Origin: Chthonomonadales bacterium
GTDB taxonomy: Bacteria; Armatimonadota; Chthonomonadetes; Chthonomonadales; Chthonomonadaceae
Assembly (NCBI GenBank): GCA_038217285.1
Contig: JBBQPO010000213.1
Coordinates: 1 to 10,787 of the forward strand
Direction of reading: 5' to 3'
Length of the DNA stretch: 10,787 nt
The first letter of the stretch is position 1, and each line of letters opens with the position of its first letter. Made by a program: the position numbers and the translations under genes. The notes below the pieces were generated by a model that saw only the letters and a program-made list of their open reading frames with translations, was not told the DNA's origin and made no database searches. Shown piece after piece: positions 5,814-10,787 of this stretch.

Positions 5814-7394
5814 ATGGACAATATTTTCGCCGCCATCGACATAGGAACCAACTCGATACGCCTCGCTGTGGTGCGGGTGGAAGAGGGACAACGCTTTACG
5901 ACCCTGGCCATTCACCGCGAAGTGGTACGGCTCGGAGAAGGGGAGTTCGAAACCAGCCGCATGACCCCGGCCGCCATCGAACGCGGCGCGCTGGTCTGCG
6001 CCCGGTTCGCGGATGTCGCGCGAGGCTACAACGCCCGCGAGATCGTCGCCTTCGCCACCTCGGCTGTGCGCGAAGCCGACAACCGCGACGACTTCATCGA
6101 GCGCGTCCGCGAAACCGCCGACATCGAGGTGCGCGTGATCTCCGGGGTCGAAGAGGCCCGCCTCATCTGGCTGGGCGTCTCCAGCGGGATCGAACTCGGC
6201 AGCCGTCGCGCCATTCTTATCGACATCGGCGGCGGCAGCACCGAAGTCATCATCGGCAACGCCACCGATCACTTCATGCTCGAAAGCATGAAGCTGGGCG
6301 CGGTACGCCTCTCCAACCATTTTTTCACCGACGACCGTCCTGTTCCCCTCGACGCATTTATCAAGGTGCAGCGTTATGTGCTGGGCGTGGCCAGTCAGGT
6401 GACTCGCCGCGTCAAAGAGCAGGGCTTTGAACTGGCCTTTGGCAGCGCCGGGACCATCACCACCCTCGGCGACCTCGTCTCCCGCCATACAGGGGAGGCG
6501 ACCGGCGGCAGACAGGTCTCTTTCAGCATCCTCGACCTGCGCGAAACCGTCCAGATGCTCTGCCGCCTGCCTCTGGAAGAGCGCCGTAAAGTCGCGGGTA
6601 TGGACTCCGGGCGCGCCGAAATCATTCTCGGGGGCGCGGCCACGCTGCTCACCCTCATGGAGGCGTTTGGGATCGAGCGCATGAACGTCAGCGAACGCGG
6701 CCTGCGCGACGGCATTCTCCTCGACCATCTGCTGCGGGAGGGTGACGACCGCCAGCATTTCCAGGCGCTCAGCGTGCGCCGCCGCAGTATCCTCCAGCTC
6801 GGACGCGCCTGCGCCTACGAAGAGGAGCACGCGCAGCATACGGCCTTCCTCTCGCTGCGTCTCTTCGACGAGCTGCACCGCCTCAACGTGCATGTCTATA
6901 ACCACCGTGAGCGCGAGCTTCTCGAATATGCTGCCCTCGTCCACGACATCGGCGCGTTTCTCTCCCACTCCAACCACCAGAAACACGCCTACTACCTTAT
7001 TCGCAACTCCGACCTGCTCGGCTTCGACGACACCGAGATCGACATTATCGCCAACGTGGCGCTCTACCACCGCAAAGGGCTGCCCAAAAAACGCCATGAG
7101 AACCTGCAGGGTCTGAGTCGTGTGGAACGCAAGCTCGTCAGTGAGTTGGCGGCTCTGCTGCGCATCGCTGAAGGCATCGACCGCAGCCATCTCGGCCTCG
7201 TCAAAGATATTCGTTTCGATCTGCTCGCCAATCCCCGCCGCTTCGTGCTCACGCTGCTCTCCGAAGCCGACTGCCAGCTCGAGGTCTGGGGCGTCCAGAA
7301 CAGCCGCGACCTTTTCGAGTACGCCTTCGGCGCTCCCCTCACCGTCCAGGTCGAACCCCTCCCGGCCCGCCGCCAGGTCTCTCTCGCCCAATAG
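5814..7394 (+). CDS. ppx: Ppx/GppA family exopolyphosphatase / pppGpp phosphohydrolase with C-terminal HD domain (526 aa)
   Basis: ASKHA motifs AAIDIGTNS, ATSAVREA, EEARL, IDIGGGSTE, GSAGT and GLRDG. HD-domain motifs EEHA, ALVHDIG, HQKHAYY and YHRK. Start placed at ATG 5814 (MDNIFAAID) because the 66 upstream codons in the track look non-coding. Confidence 0.93.
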   Translation: MDNIFAAIDIGTNSIRLAVVRVEEGQRFTTLAIHREVVRLGEGEFETSRMTPAAIERGALVCARFADVARGYNAREIVAFATSAVREADNRDDFIERVRETADIEVRVISGVEEARLIWLGVSSGIELGSRRAILIDIGGGSTEVIIGNATDHFMLESMKLGAVRLSNHFFTDDRPVPLDAFIKVQRYVLGVASQVTRRVKEQGFELAFGSAGTITTLGDLVSRHTGEATGGRQVSFSILDLRETVQMLCRLPLEERRKVAGMDSGRAEIILGGAATLLTLMEAFGIERMNVSERGLRDGILLDHLLREGDDRQHFQALSVRRRSILQLGRACAYEEEHAQHTAFLSLRLFDELHRLNVHVYNHRERELLEYAALVHDIGAFLSHSNHQKHAYYLIRNSDLLGFDDTEIDIIANVALYHRKGLPKKRHENLQGLSRVERKLVSELAALLRIAEGIDRSHLGLVKDIRFDLLANPRRFVLTLLSEADCQLEVWGVQNSRDLFEYAFGAPLTVQVEPLPARRQVSLAQ

Positions 7395-7449
7395 TACGCT
7401 CCCTGTCTTAACGTTCGTTTACTGCAGGGAACAAGTGGGCAATATTTTC

Positions 7450-7463
7450 GATACTAGAAGTAT
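7450..7463 (+). promoter_or_regulatory. Candidate leaderless promoter and autoregulatory operator of the TA operon
   Basis: GATACT (7450-7455), then 6 nt, then ATG 7462, with no SD. Inverted repeat ATACT-aga-AGTAT (7451-7463) overlaps the -10 box and start codon. Confidence 0.4.
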
Positions 7464-7701
7464 GATTACGATCAATGTGGAAGAGATACAGCGCGACCTG
7501 CCGGGCTACCTTCGGCGGGTGAGCGCAGGGGAAACCCTGCTCATCACGCAGGACGATAAACCTATCGCAGAACTCAAGCCGATTACCCCGGTCGAGTCCA
7601 ACCTGCGTCCCTTTGGCTTATGCAGGGGAGCGTTTGTCGTTCCCCACGACTTCGATACACCGTTGCCGGATTCGGTCTTGACGGAGTTCGAGGGCACATG
7701 A
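7462..7701 (+). CDS. Type II antitoxin, Phd/YefM family (79 aa)
   Basis: MITINVEEIQRDLPGYLRRVSAGETLLITQDDKPIAELKP matches the Phd/YefM pattern. C-terminal RPFGL..G.F.VPxDFDxPLP is typical of antitoxins paired with PIN toxins. Stop overlaps the toxin start (ATGA). Confidence 0.9.
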   Translation: MITINVEEIQRDLPGYLRRVSAGETLLITQDDKPIAELKPITPVESNLRPFGLCRGAFVVPHDFDTPLPDSVLTEFEGT

Positions 7702-8090
7702 GACTGCTGCTGGACACGCATATCTTTCTGTGGTACATCAGTGGCGATACACGTTTGCCTGACGCCTGGAAGTCCGTATTGCGTGACCCGAACAATTCGG
7801 TCTATTTGAGCGTTGTCTCCGTGTGGGAGGCGAGCATCAAATATCACCTCGGTAAACTGCCGTTGCCTGCTCCGCCTGAAGTCTACTTATCCGAGCAGCG
7901 TCAACGGCATTTGATCGCCAGTTTGCCCCTGGAAGAGGCGGATATTCGCCATCTTGCCTCGCTGCCGCCTCTGCATCGCGACCCTTTTGATCGCATACTC
8001 GTCTGCCAGGCATTACAGAACGACCTCACGCTCGTTACCGTCAATCCTGCCGTTCACGGCTATCCAGTGAAGGTTCTATCTGTTCTTTAG
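7698..8090 (+). CDS. vapC: Type II toxin, VapC/PIN-domain ribonuclease (130 aa)
   Basis: [21 protein letters not shown]...[20 protein letters not shown] and LTLVT motifs. ATGA coupling to the antitoxin at 7698-7701. Confidence 0.92.
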   Translation: MRLLLDTHIFLWYISGDTRLPDAWKSVLRDPNNSVYLSVVSVWEASIKYHLGKLPLPAPPEVYLSEQRQRHLIASLPLEEADIRHLASLPPLHRDPFDRILVCQALQNDLTLVTVNPAVHGYPVKVLSVL

Positions 8091-9094
8091 TTACGGGGCG
8101 TCTTGGACACGGGTTGCCGGAAGGCGCGCTCGATCATGTCGTTGGGATCGGTGGAGACGGGGCTGTCGCGCCACAGCCAGCGCATCATCTCGGGCATGGC
8201 GACGCCGCCGAACCTCTGGCCGTGGTTGTTCATACCCCAGGTGTAGTTCACCTCGTAGCCCTTCTGGGTCAGGGCCTTCATCAGGCGCACGTTCTGGTAG
8301 AACCAGTCCCACTTCTGGTCGTAGACGCCGTTGCGGATGCCCCGGTTGTCGTTGCGGCCGTCGCAGAGGAAGACTCGGAGGGGCTTCTTCGGGCTCGCCA
8401 GAACTTTATCCGCATAGGCGTGGCCGCCCCGGATGTTGGTGAAGCTGCCGACATTGCTCAGCACCTTGCGGAAAGCGTTGGGGCGCTCCCAGGCGACCGT
8501 GAACGCCGCGATGGCGCCGGAACTCGATCCGCCGATGCCGTGCTGCTCCGGGTCTTTGGAGAGATTATACTCTTTGTAGAGCACGGGCATCAGCTCTTCG
8601 GTGATGACCCGCGCGTACTTATCGTCCAGCGAATTGTACTCGGTGCCGCGATTCGTGAAGCCATCGCCCCAGCCTGCCTGCGGGGAGGGCTCCGTCTGCT
8701 CCGGTGTGCGACCGGGATTGATGAAGACGCCGATCATCACCGGGATCTCGCGCCGGTAGATGAGGTTATCCATCACGTTCTGCGCCCGCATATCGCCGTG
8801 TTCGTCCTTAAACGCCTGGCCGTCCTGAAAGATCATCAGGCTGGCCGCCACGGTGGGATCGTACTGGGCCGGAACATAGACCCAGTAGGTGTGCTGCGTG
8901 CCGGGATAGGCTTTGCTCTGGATGACGAACGGGCCGCGGATCTCGCCCTTCGGCACGCCCTCCTGCGCCATGGAGTCGGGACCGATATGGTACTGGGAAT
9001 CCGGATTGGGCGGACGGTTGGGCTGCTGCGCGAAGGCCAGTGCGGTCGTGCCCAACAGGGCCAGGGTGACAAGGGAGGCGGTCGTTTTCTGCAT
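8087..9094 (-). CDS. Secreted alpha/beta-hydrolase, putative esterase (Fes / enterochelin-esterase-like)
   Basis: Signal peptide [38 protein letters not shown], nucleophile elbow GSSSG (8516-8530), GSFTNIRGG and C-terminal His in NNHG. SD GAGAGGA. Confidence 0.88.
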   Translation of the reverse strand: MQKTTASLVTLALLGTTALAFAQQPNRPPNPDSQYHIGPDSMAQEGVPKGEIRGPFVIQSKAYPGTQHTYWVYVPAQYDPTVAASLMIFQDGQAFKDEHGDMRAQNVMDNLIYRREIPVMIGVFINPGRTPEQTEPSPQAGWGDGFTNRGTEYNSLDDKYARVITEELMPVLYKEYNLSKDPEQHGIGGSSSGAIAAFTVAWERPNAFRKVLSNVGSFTNIRGGHAYADKVLASPKKPLRVFLCDGRNDNRGIRNGVYDQKWDWFYQNVRLMKALTQKGYEVNYTWGMNNHGQRFGGVAMPEMMRWLWRDSPVSTDPNDMIERAFRQPVSKTPRN

Positions 9095-9200
9095 CGAAGA
9101 TTTCCTCTCGAAAGGGACGGTGACGTGCCTGGAGTTGTTTCAGTTTACCCTACGTTCCACGTACTGTCGATACTGTGCTCACCGCGCCCTTACACCTCAC

Positions 9201-9234
9201 TTTTCATCGCTTTTTCATCTGGCCCTGCTATTCT
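9201..9234 (+). promoter_or_regulatory. OmpR/PhoB-type tandem repeat box plus extended -10 promoter
   Basis: TTTTCAT-cgct-TTTTCAT (9201-9218, 11-bp period) ends exactly 10 nt before TATTCT (9229-9234), which is preceded by TG-C. Confidence 0.5.
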
Positions 9235-9332
9235 CCTTTATAGGCGGGCGACCTCCCGATGAGAGAACAGGCGTCCTGCGTATCCATCCCGCGCCGGAAC
9301 TGCGGATGGGCTTCCCAGAACAGGAGATATCC

Positions 9333-9953
9333 ATGCAACCATTTCGCAAACTTCTGCTTTCCGCTTCCCTCGTGCTGTGCGTCGTAGGGGCTGCCGGAGG
9401 CCAGCCTCAGAGCGGCGGCTCCCTGACCCAGGTGCCGGTCGTCATTTCCGGGGGGCATGAGACGGACCCGCAGGACCGTGGCCGCCCGGTGAGTCTGGTT
9501 GCAGGCGCGCTTGGGGTGCCGCCGGAGGTCTTTCGAGAGGCGTTCCGTCATGTCCGTCCTGCCCCAGCCGGAATGGAGCCGGATCCGCAGCAGGTGCGAC
9601 TGAACAAGTCGGCGCTGCTGTCGGCGCTCAGCCGTTACGGCGTCTCCAACGCAAAGCTCGACACGGTGTCGGACTACTACCGATACGTTCGCAGCCGCAA
9701 CGAGACGTGGCCTGCGAAGTCGGCGGTCGCCTATGCGCTGGTCAAGGACAGGACTGTGGTCAAATATGTGGTCACCAGCGCCGGGTCCGGCTACAGCTCT
9801 CCTCCGACGGTGACCGTGCCGGGTGTTCCCGGAGCAACGAGCAAAACACAGATCGCCTACAGCAGCGTCTTCGCGAAGAACGGCGCCCTCACTGCCATCG
9901 TGGTCCTCCCTCCGTCGACAAAGAAAGGGGACAGGGCGCCCACAGCCCCCTGA
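9333..9953 (+). CDS. Secreted hypothetical protein (206 aa)
   Basis: SD AGGAGA, then ATG 9333. Signal-peptide-like N-terminus MQPFRKLLLSASLVLCVVGAAGG. GC3-rich codons. C-terminal VTSAGSGYSSPPTVTV motif. The upstream part of track ORF 8913..9953 overlaps the esterase and promoter and is not coding. Confidence 0.82.
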   Translation: MQPFRKLLLSASLVLCVVGAAGGQPQSGGSLTQVPVVISGGHETDPQDRGRPVSLVAGALGVPPEVFREAFRHVRPAPAGMEPDPQQVRLNKSALLSALSRYGVSNAKLDTVSDYYRYVRSRNETWPAKSAVAYALVKDRTVVKYVVTSAGSGYSSPPTVTVPGVPGATSKTQIAYSSVFAKNGALTAIVVLPPSTKKGDRAPTAP

Positions 9954-9971
9954 TGCGGCGGCATGGCTACT

Positions 9972-10004
9972 GTGGGAGAGCCGGTTCCGCGAATCGGCTC
10001 TCCC
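9972..10004. terminator. Strong hairpin downstream of the secreted protein gene (terminator or REP-like)
   Basis: GGGAGAGCCGGTTC-cgc-GAATCGGCTCTCCC (9974-10004) forms a 14-bp stem with one G.U pair. It begins within a GTGG tetranucleotide (9972-9975). No U-tract. Confidence 0.5.
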
Positions 10005-10186
10005 GGAACAGATCACTGCTCCTGCCTATTCCAGCCACTGCCGTGGCCCGATGGCCGTGGGAAGCGCATCGCCACAACGTTCGGCTGCGAGGCACAGTTC
10101 CGGCGGGCGGGGCGGCTTCGGCAACCGGTCAGGGGCGCAAAGGAGGCGACTAAACTCACCGCGAACGAAGTTTTCGAAAGAGTTAC

Positions 10187-10216
10187 CGGGCAGGCAGGAA
10201 AACACCTGTCTGCCCG
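10187..10216. other. Intergenic inverted repeat
   Basis: CGGGCAGGCAGG-aaaaca-CCTGTCTGCCCG forms a 12-bp stem with one G.U pair, about 50 nt upstream of the comM start. Confidence 0.5.
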
Positions 10217-10268
10217 TCGAATTATAGAGCCATTCCTACCAATCCTCGCTGTCCCAAGGAGAACTGCT

Positions 10269-10787
10269 ATGCTGGCTCGCGTCTTATCGAGTGCTGTGTT
10301 GGGTATCGATGCCTATCTCGTCACAGTCGAGGTAGATGTCAGCAACGGCCTTCCCATGATGTCCATCGTGGGGCTGCCCGACGCGGCAGTTAATGAGAGC
10401 CGCGAGCGGGTACGCGCGGCCATCAAAAACAGCGGATTCCTCTTCCCCTACGACAAGAGAGTCACCATCAATCTCGCGCCAGCGGATGTCCGCAAGGCGG
10501 GCCCGAGCTTCGACCTGCCTATCGCCATCGGCCTGCTGGTCGCGACCGGTCAGTTGTCCGGCGAGAACCTGGACGGCACCCTGCTCATCGGGGAGCTTTC
10601 TCTGGATGGCAGTGTGCGGGCGGTCACCGGCGCGCTGCCCGTCGCCATCGGCATGCGGGAGCGGCACGAGACACGGCTCTATCTTCCCACCGGCAACGCC
10701 CGTGAGGCTGCGGTGGTGGAAGGGCTCGATGTCTTTCCCGTCGGAACGCTGGCGGAGGTGGCCCGCGCGCTGGCGATGCCGGAGACT
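10269..10787 (+). CDS. comM: YifB/ComM Mg-chelatase-like AAA+ ATPase, 5' part (truncated by the window edge)
   Basis: Translated by hand from ATG 10269 after SD AAGGAGA: MLARVLSSAVLGIDAYLVTVEVDVSNGLPMMSIVGLPDAAVNESRERVRAAIKNSGF..KRVTINLAPADVRKAGPSFDLPIAIG..IGELSLDG. Open to the end of the window and absent from the ORF track. Confidence 0.95.
   Translation, partial: MLARVLSSAVLGIDAYLVTVEVDVSNGLPMMSIVGLPDAAVNESRERVRAAIKNSGFLFPYDKRVTINLAPADVRKAGPSFDLPIAIGLLVATGQLSGENLDGTLLIGELSLDGSVRAVTGALPVAIGMRERHETRLYLPTGNAREAAVVEGLDVFPVGTLAEVARALAMPET

Noticed and set aside
5640..7391. 583-aa minus-strand ORF
   Set aside because: Codon-aligned antisense shadow of ppx with no recognisable motifs.
7392..8095. 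TAGTACG / TAGTTACG as a target-site duplication around the TA pair
   Set aside because: Short, imperfect and largely explained by the stop codons.
8114..9262. 382-aa plus-strand ORF
   Set aside because: Antisense shadow of the esterase gene.
10124..10150. SRP-RNA-like words GGTCAGG...AGGAGGC
   Set aside because: Lacks the CC-GNAA-GG tetraloop helix and the AGCAG motif of SRP RNA.
9953..10153. 66-codon ORF starting in a TGATG overlap (MRRHGYCG...)
   Set aside because: No SD, Arg/Gly/Ala composition typical of non-coding GC-rich DNA, and it runs through a strong hairpin.
9974..10212. Cobalamin-riboswitch-like words (GCCACTG, GGGAAG, AGGCAGG..ACCTGTC)
   Set aside because: The GGGAA..GGTG.AA.TCC and CCC.C..CTGT core is missing, the spacing is wrong, and the downstream comM gene is unrelated to B12.
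10284..10667. 127-aa minus-strand ORF
   Set aside because: Antisense shadow of the comM/yifB gene on the plus strand.

Overview
GC-rich bacterial chromosomal window with mostly housekeeping or metabolic genes plus a few accessory pieces. From left to right: the truncated 5' end of a minus-strand ORF resembling an IS66-type transposase N-terminus; a 116-aa DUF2283-like protein behind a strong sigma70 promoter; an 834-aa fused TMD-NBD ABC exporter (minus) with a long N-terminal extension (8-aa repeats, a beta-rich domain, a CxxC..CxxC zinc ribbon); a minus-strand pair of a phosphofructokinase with the PPi-type GGED signature and a PfkB sugar kinase; a divergent Ppx/GppA phosphatase with an HD domain; a Phd/YefM-VapC toxin-antitoxin pair; a secreted Fes-like esterase (minus); a secreted hypothetical protein; and the 5' part of a YifB/ComM AAA+ ATPase missing from the ORF track. 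I see no rRNA, tRNA or CRISPR array. I cannot claim a clearly new multi-gene system. The best leads are regulatory or catalytic details: an attenuator-like leader of the ABC gene with a leaderless Arg/Lys-rich uORF, a Pho-box-like tandem repeat upstream of the secreted protein, an Asp-to-Asn change at a conserved VapC position, and the PPi-PFK/Ppx pairing. All family assignments come from motif recognition by eye; no searches were run.
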